A stretch of DNA of 64,000 bases from a bacterium (GTDB taxonomy: Bacteria; Patescibacteriota; Minisyncoccia; JACQLN01), in the NCBI GenBank assembly GCA_030697795.1, contig JAUYOV010000004.1:211334-275333 (forward strand). Direction: 5' to 3'. The translations under genes and the position numbers were made by a program. Shown here piece after piece: positions 26,038-34,370 of this stretch. Positions within the stretch are counted from its first letter, which is position 1; every line of letters begins with the position of its first letter. Under the pieces are notes generated by a model that saw only the letters and a list, made by a program, of their open reading frames with translations, did not search any database and was not told the DNA's origin.

Positions 26038-26388
26038 TCAATGAGTTTTTGACGAGCGGATCCAACCGCCTAACATCCGCCCTATCTCATTAACCATTTC
26101 CTGAATTAAAATATATTTTTTATTCTCTAAAACACCAATATCTTTAGCCAAGCGGACATAAACCCTAAAAAGATTGAGCTTAACACTAACTCTTTCTAAG
26201 TATGTTACTCTTTTGAGCTTATCCAAACTGCTTATTTCCAACAAATAGCCCAATATCTCAATCAAAATCAAATTGCATTTCTCGCCTAAAGAATACTTGT
26301 CTTGCTTGGGAAAACCTTTCAAACAAGCATAAAATTCTTTATATAAATCGTAGGTTTTTTTAAATAGCGGAATATCAAAACTATCCAT
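26038..26388 (-). CDS. avd: Avd-like accessory variability determinant (avd2)
   Basis: 116 aa. C-terminus EIGRMLGGWIRS. Paralog of avd1 and avd3. Start diverges from RT2 with a 2-nt overlap. Confidence 0.75.
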   Translation of the reverse strand: MDSFDIPLFKKTYDLYKEFYACLKGFPKQDKYSLGEKCNLILIEILGYLLEISSLDKLKRVTYLERVSVKLNLFRVYVRLAKDIGVLENKKYILIQEMVNEIGRMLGGWIRSSKTH

Positions 26389-27382
26389 GAAAATTTATCA
26401 AAATATATACGAACAAATAATCTCTGCCGAAAATTTGTTTCTAGCTTGGGCAGAATTCAAAAAAGATAAACAAAAAAGAAAAGACGTTATGCAATTTGAA
26501 TACAGGCTGGAAAAAAATATTTTAGGCTTGTGCCAAGAACTAAAAAATCAAACATATAAGCATAGTCCTTATAGTAATTTTTATATAACCGACCCCAAAC
26601 CCAGGCACATTCACAAAGCATTGGTTAGAGACAGAGTGGTGCACCATTCAGTTTTTAATATCCTTAATCCTGTTTTTGAAAAAACTTTTATCTTTAATTC
26701 TTATTCCTGCAGAAAAAACAAAGGCACTCACAAGGGCATAAACCAATTACACAAAATTTTAAGAAAAATAAGCCAAAACAATCATAAACCATGCTTTATA
26801 TTAAAATGCGATATTAAAAAATTCTTTCAATCAGTTAATCACGGTATTTTGTTAAATATTATTGATCGAAAAATATACGATGAAAAAGCATTGGCCTTAA
26901 TTAAAGAAATTGTAGAGAGTTTTAAACCCGGGTTGCCCATAGGCAACCTAACCAGCCAATTATTTGCCAATATTTATTTAAATAATCTGGACCAATATAT
27001 AAAGCACCATTTAAAAATTCCCTTTTATATAAGATATACCGATGATTTTGTGATTATTTATAACGATTTGGAAAAACTAAAACAGTGGCTTAGCCAGATT
27101 CAGGAATTTTTAAATGTAAACCTAAAACTACGTCTGCATCCCAATAAAGTTATTCTGCGCAAATATCATCAAGGAACTGATTTTTTGGGCTATGTGCAAT
27201 TTCCCCATTATTGTATTTTGCGCCCTAGAACCGAAAGAAGAATAATGAAAAGGATACAGCAGGGAGTTTCTGAACAATCGCTAAATTCATATCTAGGTGT
27301 GCTTTCTCATGCTAATAGTTATAAATTATCGGAAAAAATCAAAAACTTGTTTTGGTTTAATAAAAAAGAAAACCCGTCTTGA
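26387..27382 (+). CDS. DGR reverse transcriptase (RT2)
   Basis: IGNLTSQLFANIYLN (SQ motif); IRYTDDFV. Matches RT1 and RT3 along its length. Confidence 0.85.
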   Translation: MKIYQNIYEQIISAENLFLAWAEFKKDKQKRKDVMQFEYRLEKNILGLCQELKNQTYKHSPYSNFYITDPKPRHIHKALVRDRVVHHSVFNILNPVFEKTFIFNSYSCRKNKGTHKGINQLHKILRKISQNNHKPCFILKCDIKKFFQSVNHGILLNIIDRKIYDEKALALIKEIVESFKPGLPIGNLTSQLFANIYLNNLDQYIKHHLKIPFYIRYTDDFVIIYNDLEKLKQWLSQIQEFLNVNLKLRLHPNKVILRKYHQGTDFLGYVQFPHYCILRPRTERRIMKRIQQGVSEQSLNSYLGVLSHANSYKLSEKIKNLFWFNKKENPS

Positions 27383-27427
27383 TGGACGAGTTAAAAAATA
27401 ATTATAATTCCACAATTAAAAATTACG

Positions 27428-27463
27428 TTGGTTGGTTGGTTGGTTGGTTGGTTGGTTGGTTGG
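27428..27463. repeat. Microsatellite (TTGG)9
   Basis: Perfect tetranucleotide tandem repeat between the RT2 stop and the target 2 stop. Confidence 0.9.
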
Positions 27464-27567
27464 AATTGGAACTCTCTTTCATTATAAATTTAGTATAACA
27501 TAATTGGTTATAAAAAATTGAACCCTCGGATTTTCCGAAGGTTCAAGAAACAAAATTCAAAAGCCTG

Positions 27568-27597
27568 CCCCGCACCGAGCTACGCTCTGGTGCGGGG
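27568..27597 (-). promoter_or_regulatory. GC-rich hairpin (CCCCGCACC...GGTGCGGGG) about 30 bp downstream of VR2
   Basis: 9-bp perfect GC stem. Position is analogous to the hairpins after VR1 and VR3. Confidence 0.4.
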
Positions 27598-27622
27598 ATT
27601 CAATACTTCAAAACTCAACTCC

Positions 27623-28396
27623 CTATTTGGAACTTCGAGAGGAGGCCAGGCCAAGACTGTCGTAGCGGTTATCGTCATGGTCGTAGTCGAAGTAGAGGCC
27701 GAACCGATCGAAATCGCCGACGCCAACGCGGCTGCCATCGGAGTCAAGAGACGAAGTTCGGACATAGGTGTGTTCGAACAGTCGCTCACCAGTAGCCATG
27801 AAGTGGCCAATGATGGCGTAGACCACCACTTGCGCCTTCGGTGTTTCCTCGTCTTTGCCGAGTAGCTTCTGCTGATCATCCCAAGTCTTGGACGTGGAAT
27901 CCATAACCGGAGTTTTGCGGACGAGATGCCATCCGACTTCGCCCTTGTATTTGGCAAAAGTCTCCTTGTTGTACCAATCCTGTTCATAAAACAGGCGCTG
28001 ACCGTTGTTAGCGACCTTGCCTCGGATGTCCAGGATTGAGAGAGGAAAAATGGCGACAAGGGTATGCGTGTCTCTTGCCTCGGTAAGCTCGGCTTCAGTG
28101 AACGGAACTTCGGCCAAAGCCGAGATCTGCGCTCGCGTGGGCTTTACACCGAGATACTGAATCGCTTCCTCTACCCCAAACATGTTGCGCCCCATTATCT
28201 GATGGGCCGTTTTCTGCGAAGTGGTGGCTTCATAGCCGCCGTTGCTGATAAGCCTAACCACTTTCGTGGCAAGGTCATTGCCCTTGGAGCCTATGACTCT
28301 CTGGGCAAGTTCATCGTTGAGGCCAGCGGCCTCAAGTTTTAGGAGCACTTCATGCTCTTTGTGCACCGACAGAGTACGGCTCACGATGGTTTCCAT
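27623..28396 (-). CDS. DGR target protein 2 (C-terminal variable domain); GC-rich
   Basis: 257 aa. VR2 at the C-terminus. Strong SD GGAGGT upstream. Confidence 0.75.
   Translation of the reverse strand: METIVSRTLSVHKEHEVLLKLEAAGLNDELAQRVIGSKGNDLATKVVRLISNGGYEATTSQKTAHQIMGRNMFGVEEAIQYLGVKPTRAQISALAEVPFTEAELTEARDTHTLVAIFPLSILDIRGKVANNGQRLFYEQDWYNKETFAKYKGEVGWHLVRKTPVMDSTSKTWDDQQKLLGKDEETPKAQVVVYAIIGHFMATGERLFEHTYVRTSSLDSDGSRVGVGDFDRFGLYFDYDHDDNRYDSLGLASSRSSK
27629..27749 (-). repeat. DGR variable repeat VR2 (3-prime end of target 2)
   Basis: See TR2. About 13 mismatches at TR adenines. In addition, one codon differs at all three positions (TGG in TR, CAT in VR) and there is one C/T difference. 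Confidence 0.75.
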
Positions 28397-28492
28397 CGCG
28401 TACCTCCTATAGGAATGAGTTATCCCGAAATCGTCGGGACCGCGGTTTTTACTAACTTTTAAGTACTAATAACCATACTATCATATTGACAA

Positions 28493-29038
28493 CTATAAGT
28501 CAATAGTAACCCCAAAATTATTTAAAAACATATCTTTTATCTTTGTTCTAAGAATAGTGGAATCAGCTAATTTAAAATCTGGTGCTCTGGGGTTTAAGCC
28601 ATTGGAATCTAAAATATGATAACACCATAAATAAGCCGACTCCTTTAAGCCTTCTCTAGTAGCATATTTATTATTTAAAATAGAAAAGAAGTTTGCGGTT
28701 TGTTGCCAAATTTTTTCTTCGCCCATACCTGGTTCAAAGATTCTAAATATAATTTGCGTAGCAAAATGCGCCAACTTTAGGCAGTATAAATCATTCTTTA
28801 AAATTAAATGCGAATCCTTAATTTTAAAATCTGTAATTATCGGTATATGTTTTGATGGCACAAAAAAAACTTCGGCATGATTAAACATATCTAGGCCATG
28901 CCTAAGTTTGCCGGTATATTTGCGCACACTTTTAGCCTGCAGTTCCATTAAGCCAAACTCTTTGGTATAAAGTGTAAAAACCGCATCAGCTTCACGGCGA
29001 GGTGTGTTTTTTAAAATAATGCCTTCTATAGATTTCAT
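28493..29038 (-). CDS. RecO-like recombination mediator (short, N-terminal OB-fold type)
   Basis: N-terminus IEGIILKNTPRREADAVFTLYTKEFGLMELQAKSVRK resembles the RecO N-domain. No C-terminal zinc finger. Confidence 0.45.
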   Translation of the reverse strand: MKSIEGIILKNTPRREADAVFTLYTKEFGLMELQAKSVRKYTGKLRHGLDMFNHAEVFFVPSKHIPIITDFKIKDSHLILKNDLYCLKLAHFATQIIFRIFEPGMGEEKIWQQTANFFSILNNKYATREGLKESAYLWCYHILDSNGLNPRAPDFKLADSTILRTKIKDMFLNNFGVTIDL

Positions 29039-29076
29039 AAACGGTAAAAGTATAACATGTATCCTAAATTAAAATT

Positions 29077-29157
29077 ATCATCCCGAACAGCATTATGGAG
29101 AAGACTATCTTATATAAATAAAGAGGCTCCATATCGTCTGTGAGGGGTGATAATTTT
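29077..29157 (+). repeat. About 80-bp structured repeat X, copy 2 (upstream of recO-like, divergent from the GT39 gene)
   Basis: See copy 1. The outer stem shows a compensatory change (TT/AA to CC/GG). Confidence 0.8.
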
Positions 29158-29211
29158 TCTTAAAAACTTGCTGGCGAGCGAAAGAGCAATTTTTAAGCTA
29201 AACTATTAAAC

Positions 29212-30906
29212 ATGAGTAGGAATAGTAAAATTTTAATAGCAATTATGGCTCTGGCGGGTATTTTGCGCTTATGGGGTTTGGGTTCGGCCGAACTCCTTTT
29301 TGATGAATCTTTTTATTCTTTTAGATCCATCGGCTGGCTGGACTACCTAGAAAGCCCATACCAAACCACGCCGGTACAGTGGTTTATCCCGAGCGAAGTC
29401 GAGGGACTCATGGATGGCGAGAGTAACCGAACCATGAGTGGTACAAATATGCCATGGTGGCTTAAACTATCTTTCCACGACCACCCGCCTTTATTCTTTT
29501 TAATTCAAAAAGTATTTTTTAATTTATTCGGTGATTCACTTTTTATCTCACGCTTACCCTCGGCAATTTTCGGCTTGGGTTTTGTTTATTTAATTTATTT
29601 AATTGGCAAAAAACTTTTTAAAAAAGAATCGGCCGGTTTAATTTCCGCTTTTATTGCCGCCATAAGTTTTGCCCATATTTCGCTTTCGCGACTCGCCATG
29701 CTGGAATCTGTTTTGTTCTTTTTTATACTTTTAAATATTTATTACTTTTTAAAACTGCTTGAGATGGATTCGGCAAGCTCACCGCAAGCTAAAAAATATT
29801 GGTGGCAGTTTGGCTTAACGTTTGGCATGGCTATGTTAACCAAATATATCGCCGTTTTTTTGATTCCAACTTACCTTGTCTTTCTTGTCATTAAGAAGGT
29901 TCAACCTTCCTGGAAGGTTGAACCTTCTAGGATTTCCTGGCGATCTATCTGCCTAGCTATCGTTTTGGCTATAATAATTTTCTCGCCGGTTATTGTTTAT
30001 AACATTTATTCTTACAAAACCTTTGGGCATTTTGATCTGCAGTTGGCTTATCTTCTAAAACAAGATACCCCTTGGCCCATTGAAGCTTTCGGTGGCAAAA
30101 CCCAGGATCCTTTTTCTAAAATTGGCGAAAATTTGCCCGCAGTGTTTTCTATGCCATTCCTAGTAATAGTCTTGATTAGTTTAGTTTTCGCCACCATAAA
30201 ACAAAGAAAAGAATTGTCTTTAGTGTTAATTTCTTTTGTTTTTATAATTTTACTTTTAACCCAAACTGGTTCAGCCATTCGTTTTGTTTCTTTACTTGTA
30301 ATTCCTGCCATATTTTTTATAACTGCGTTTATTTTATTTTTATGGCAAAAACCGTATAGATTCTTAAGTGTTGGTTTAATATTTACTGCCATAATTTGCA
30401 GCGAACTTTACTTTTTTGCTTTTTCTAAACCCGATTACGGCGTAGTAAAACTAGATAAATATTTCGATTCTGTTTTTAACGGTAACAGACCCGAGAATTT
30501 ACCTACACATCTCAATCCTTATTTAAATAAAGTTATACAAGATTATTCACAAAAATACCCCGCCACACTGGCGCCAACCGGCATAATTTACGACGACAAT
30601 ATTGCTTTGCAAGCTCAACTTTGGCTTTTTTCGCGAAGGCAATATTACCACGGTATACCTGTTATGACGGCGAGTAACTTTGAAAATATTATAGAAAAAA
30701 ACGGCGTCTCGGCTTTTAAAGACTTTACACTTTACTTTGTAAAGGCCGAAGAAGCTTCACCTTTAAAACCAACCATCTCAACAGAATATGCCAAAAATAT
30801 TGAAGCCCTGTTACAAAAAAACAACCAAAAACCGGTTATAACAATAACCGGCTATGGAACGAACGCTATTCCTGCTTTTAAAGTTTATAAATTCTCGCTT
30901 AACTAA
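29212..30906 (+). CDS. Glycosyltransferase family 39 / ArnT-PMT-like integral membrane glycosyltransferase
   Basis: N-terminus LRLWGLG...DESFY and a 564-aa polytopic architecture typical of the PMT_2/ArnT family. Confidence 0.7.
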   Translation: MSRNSKILIAIMALAGILRLWGLGSAELLFDESFYSFRSIGWLDYLESPYQTTPVQWFIPSEVEGLMDGESNRTMSGTNMPWWLKLSFHDHPPLFFLIQKVFFNLFGDSLFISRLPSAIFGLGFVYLIYLIGKKLFKKESAGLISAFIAAISFAHISLSRLAMLESVLFFFILLNIYYFLKLLEMDSASSPQAKKYWWQFGLTFGMAMLTKYIAVFLIPTYLVFLVIKKVQPSWKVEPSRISWRSICLAIVLAIIIFSPVIVYNIYSYKTFGHFDLQLAYLLKQDTPWPIEAFGGKTQDPFSKIGENLPAVFSMPFLVIVLISLVFATIKQRKELSLVLISFVFIILLLTQTGSAIRFVSLLVIPAIFFITAFILFLWQKPYRFLSVGLIFTAIICSELYFFAFSKPDYGVVKLDKYFDSVFNGNRPENLPTHLNPYLNKVIQDYSQKYPATLAPTGIIYDDNIALQAQLWLFSRRQYYHGIPVMTASNFENIIEKNGVSAFKDFTLYFVKAEEASPLKPTISTEYAKNIEALLQKNNQKPVITITGYGTNAIPAFKVYKFSLN

Positions 30907-31175
30907 TCTCGGCCGTGCCCTTTGTTCCAAATGAAAGCAAAAACAAAACCTATTACATAACCCATTACGGCCGTAAATACAATCAATTTTACAGCGTTAA
31001 CCATCATAAACGCCGAAACAGTATGGGGATTGTTTAAGAAGTGAAGTCCATAAACCATGTCTAAAAACCTTTGGGCAAAATCAGCAGAAACCAAAAGTGA
31101 CCAAACCGCATGCCATAAACCCATAAACAAACCCACCGCCAAACCCGTCTTATTTTTATTTAATTTAATTGCCAT
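30903..31175 (-). CDS. Small membrane protein (hypothetical)
   Basis: 90 aa, 2-3 TM helices. Confidence 0.3.
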   Translation of the reverse strand: MAIKLNKNKTGLAVGLFMGLWHAVWSLLVSADFAQRFLDMVYGLHFLNNPHTVSAFMMVNAVKLIVFTAVMGYVIGFVFAFIWNKGHGRD

Positions 31176-31243
31176 AGTATTAATTTTAATTACTATTTTC
31201 GACTTTTATTAAAGTTATATTTTAATTTTAACACTGAAGCGTC

Positions 31244-31813
31244 CTAATAAAAAGCAATACCGCCGTGTTTTAGTTCTTTTCTTATAGACAAATAATCTGG
31301 AATTGTTTTGGCCACTAAATTCCAAAAATTATGCGAATGATTAAATTCGCCCAAGTGGCAAAGTTCGTGAACAATAATATAGTCGGCAAAACTTGGCGAC
31401 AAAAGCGCAATTTTGTAGTTAAAATTTAAATTACCCTTTTTAGAACAACTGCCCCAGCGAGTTTTCTGGTTTCTTATATTAATTTTATTAAATTTAAAAT
31501 TATACAACTTATTAAAATATTCTACCCTGCTTTGAGCCAACGCCAATGCTTGGGTTTTGTGTTTAATAAATTCTTTTCTGGTATTTTTTACAGGCACCCT
31601 TGGAACAAAAGGCTTAAAACCTTCTAACTTTTTTAAAATCCAGTTTTTGTTTTTATTAACAAACTGGTTTATAAAATTCTGGTTAGCCGAATGAGGCGCG
31701 GTTAACACCACCGCGCCGTCGCAATAAATAGCCAGCCTTAATCTTCTGGCTTTCTTACTTATTTTTAGAGTGTATTTAATTTTTTCCATTTTAGAACATA
31801 CCAACATTCTCAA
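31244..31813 (-). CDS. M48/DUF45 (YgjP-like) metal-dependent hydrolase; likely real start at about 31789
   Basis: HEXXH motif in IIVHELCHLGEFNHSH. Layout matches the DUF45 family. Confidence 0.6.
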   Translation of the reverse strand: MRMLVCSKMEKIKYTLKISKKARRLRLAIYCDGAVVLTAPHSANQNFINQFVNKNKNWILKKLEGFKPFVPRVPVKNTRKEFIKHKTQALALAQSRVEYFNKLYNFKFNKINIRNQKTRWGSCSKKGNLNFNYKIALLSPSFADYIIVHELCHLGEFNHSHNFWNLVAKTIPDYLSIRKELKHGGIAFY

Positions 31814-31823
31814 GTATGTTGGG
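31801..31823. promoter_or_regulatory. Palindrome CCAACAT-N7-ATGTTGG, copy 1
   Basis: Near-identical inverted copy at 32244-32267. Both sit 12-15 bp upstream of minus-strand gene starts. Confidence 0.4.
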
Positions 31824-31968
31824 TTGTCGTTTGTGCCAATTTATGATATTTAAAAATCTTCTCCCCACATTTGCATTCAACGGTCACAGATGTAATTCGC
31901 GGCATAAAATTATCACATTCTGGCAAGGATGGTCCTTGCTAGTTGGTAGGGGTCATTGGATAAGAGTC

Positions 31969-32229
31969 TTATATGAAAAAACCCACTCTATCTCCATCAT
32001 TAAGAAGTTCGTGCTCTGATGGTCGTTGACCATTTAGCGTCATTATTAGTTTGCCCGGCGGGTACCGTCTTTGGATTTCAGGATAAGAAGCAAAAATACT
32101 ATGCAAGAGAAAAATAAATGGTGCGTCATGACTCATAATAATTTTCATTTCTGTCTGACCAGTAATTGCTTCCATAACTGGATCAAATTTAACAAATACA
32201 TTAATTGATTTTAATACTTCTTTACTCAT
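31969..32229 (-). CDS. MoaD/ThiS-like beta-grasp small protein lacking C-terminal Gly-Gly
   Basis: C-terminal LLNDGDRVGFFI resembles the MoaD/ThiS LKDGDEVAI segment. No GG terminus. Confidence 0.3.
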   Translation of the reverse strand: MSKEVLKSINVFVKFDPVMEAITGQTEMKIIMSHDAPFIFLLHSIFASYPEIQRRYPPGKLIMTLNGQRPSEHELLNDGDRVGFFI

Positions 32230-32243
32230 CTTATTTACAACAT

Positions 32244-32267
32244 CCCAACATACTTGAGAATGTCAGG
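32244..32267. promoter_or_regulatory. Palindrome CCCAACAT-N7-ATGTCAGG, copy 2
   Basis: See copy 1. Confidence 0.4.
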
Positions 32268-32447
32268 CTGTTATTAGCCGATTCTTATTAGTTTAATCCG
32301 TTCTTGATTTAATTTTACCGCAACTTTCCCACTCCTGTAAAATATTTTTATAACCTTATAGAAACATGAAATTATCTGCACTTGAATTATATCGGTTGTG
32401 GATAACTTTCGGTTAATTTTCGGTATTGAAAATAGTATAATTAAGTT

Positions 32448-33794
32448 ATGAATAATCTAACTCCTAGGCAAAAACAAATCCTTGATTTTGTAACTAAATA
32501 TAGCAATAAGAAAGGCTATGCTCCTTCCCATAAAGAAATCGGGAAATATTTTAAACTTACTTCCTCTGCCACCATTAATGAGCACCTAGATGCCATTGCA
32601 AGTAAGGGTTATATAAATAAAGAAAAACATCAAAAAAGAAATATAGAAATTAAATCTTTAGAAACATTGGTTTCCGTACCCCTTGTTGGAACCATCACGG
32701 CTGGTGAACCAATAGAAACATATGAAATCCCAGAAAAAATATCAGTACCAAAAAACCTTTTATCTCAACAGGGTGAACACTTTGCTTTAACAGTTAATGG
32801 TAATAGTATGATTGGCGAAGGAATTTTTAGTGGAGATACAGTGATTGTTCGTAAGCAAGATACTGCAAAAGACGGAGATAGTATAGTTGCACTTATAAAT
32901 GGAAGTGAAACAACATTAAAAAAGATATATAAAGAAAAAAATGGCTTTAGGCTTCAACCAGCTAATCCAGAACTCAAACCAATATTTGTAAAACAACTTG
33001 AAATACAAGGCAGGGTTATAAGTGTCATTCGTAATCTAGAAACCTTAGTAAATAAAATTAACTGTGGCGATGTTTTGGAAACAATTAAAAAAATACCAGA
33101 AAGTTCAGTACACCTAGCAATAACTTCCCCGCCATATAACGTTGGAAAAAGCTATGATAATCATAACGATAAAATGGAGTATTCTGACTATCTTGATTGG
33201 TTGTATAAAGTTTGGCAGGAAACAAAAAGAGTTTTAGTTCCTGGTGGAAGATTTGCTATAAATATTGCTCCAACTGGTATAAAAGATTTTGTACCAATAC
33301 ATCACGATTTTATAGCTCAACTCAGGAAACTCGGAATGAAATTTCGAACAGAAATTATATGGTACAAACAAACAATGCTAAAACGAACTGCGTGGGGAAG
33401 TTTTAAAAGCCCAGCCAACCCACATATTGTTCCGTCTTGGGAATATGTTTTGATTTTCTCTAAAGATCAAGATCGTTTAGATGGAGATAGTAAAATGGCT
33501 GATATTACCAAAGATGAGTTTATGAAATTTTCCGATGGATTTTGGCAGATTTGGCCAGAAAGACAAAGAAAAGGACATCCAGCTCCATTTCCCGAAGATT
33601 TAATATATAGATTAGTAAAATTCTATTCCTATAAAGATAGTACTATTTTGGATATGTTTGGAGGAACAGGCACAGTAGCAACTGTAGCCGCCAAAACTGG
33701 TAGAAATTTTATACACATAGATGTTTCTCCTCAATACTGTAAAATCGCTAAAGACAGACTAGAAAAAGAAATTAACCAAGGAAAGTTAGTTTAA
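32448..33794 (+). CDS. Fusion protein: LexA-like repressor (wHTH plus S24 self-cleaving peptidase) fused to a beta-class amino (N4/N6) DNA methyltransferase
   Basis: Residues 1-200 match LexA (HTH; Ser in VNGNSM; catalytic Lys in TLKKI; C-terminal QGRVISVIR). Residues 200-448 carry MTase motif IV SPPY (LAITSPPYNVGKSYD) and an AdoMet motif (DMFGGTGT). Confidence 0.7.
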   Translation: MNNLTPRQKQILDFVTKYSNKKGYAPSHKEIGKYFKLTSSATINEHLDAIASKGYINKEKHQKRNIEIKSLETLVSVPLVGTITAGEPIETYEIPEKISVPKNLLSQQGEHFALTVNGNSMIGEGIFSGDTVIVRKQDTAKDGDSIVALINGSETTLKKIYKEKNGFRLQPANPELKPIFVKQLEIQGRVISVIRNLETLVNKINCGDVLETIKKIPESSVHLAITSPPYNVGKSYDNHNDKMEYSDYLDWLYKVWQETKRVLVPGGRFAINIAPTGIKDFVPIHHDFIAQLRKLGMKFRTEIIWYKQTMLKRTAWGSFKSPANPHIVPSWEYVLIFSKDQDRLDGDSKMADITKDEFMKFSDGFWQIWPERQRKGHPAPFPEDLIYRLVKFYSYKDSTILDMFGGTGTVATVAAKTGRNFIHIDVSPQYCKIAKDRLEKEINQGKLV

Positions 33795-34364
33795 TTTGTT
33801 TGAATACCAATTAACAAGGTCTTTGGCTAAACTACTTAATGCTTTTAACTTGCCTCCTAATTTAGTTTTGTTGTTTTCAATATATATTCCGTCTGTATAA
33901 TGGGAACCTAGTTGTCTATCTTTTGTTGGACTTTCTTCACTACCCCATTCTGACTGCCAAGACCGCCCACTTTGCTGTCTTCCTTTGTCAGGAGTAGAGA
34001 AAACAAATTTTAAACTTGGAATCATATCTTTTAAAACAACAGCATAAAATAATGATTCTGAAAGTCTTCCGTGTAAACTAGTTTTACAACTTATAATTGC
34101 AACGGGATTGTTGTTTCCATCAACTACAACAAGATCTATATCGCCCCAAATTCTTTGATTAGAATTAATTTTGCCAACGGGAATACTAAGTTTTTTCCAT
34201 AAACTACTATCATTTCTAGCATCATCACCTCTTATGACTTTTAATTTAGATTTAAGAGAAATCAAATCTTGATTTACTTTATCTCTGACAAAATGCTCCC
34301 AAGCTCTACCGCTTTTTTGGACATATCTTTGTCTTTGACTATTTGTTTCGTAGTTATTAGGCAT
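33786..34364 (-). CDS. Putative PD-(D/E)xK restriction endonuclease, convergent with and overlapping the methyltransferase by 9 nt
   Basis: Core GDIDLVVVDGNNNPVAIISCKTS fits the D...(D/E)xK pattern. 192 aa. Confidence 0.4.
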   Translation of the reverse strand: MPNNYETNSQRQRYVQKSGRAWEHFVRDKVNQDLISLKSKLKVIRGDDARNDSSLWKKLSIPVGKINSNQRIWGDIDLVVVDGNNNPVAIISCKTSLHGRLSESLFYAVVLKDMIPSLKFVFSTPDKGRQQSGRSWQSEWGSEESPTKDRQLGSHYTDGIYIENNKTKLGGKLKALSSLAKDLVNWYSNKLN

Positions 34365-34370
34365 ATTATT

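Larger units (their letters stand above)
25871..28396 (+). mobile_element. DGR cassette 2: TR2 (+) - hairpin - avd2 (-) - RT2 (+) - (TTGG)9 - target 2 (-) with VR2
   Basis: RT with SQ motif, Avd-like gene and a TR/VR pair with mostly A-specific mismatches. The target is convergent with the RT. Confidence 0.75.

Noticed and set aside
25854-26093. ORFs 25854-26093(+), 25832-26065(-), 27518-27865(+), 27580-28059(-), 39333-39560(-) and 39893-40138(-) with Ala/Thr/Gly-rich translations
   Set aside because: These are alternative-frame or antisense readings across the GC-rich TR/VR sequences, which explains why they resemble each other. The real coding frames are the target genes 27623-28396 and 39903-40547.
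27428-27463. CRISPR array
   Set aside because: A perfect 4-bp unit with no spacers, so it is a microsatellite. No cas genes and no repeat-spacer arrays anywhere in the window.
31816-32019. 67-aa plus-strand ORF between the two palindromes
   Set aside because: Overlaps the better-supported MoaD-like minus-strand ORF and has a Cys/Arg-rich low-complexity translation. Likely non-coding.
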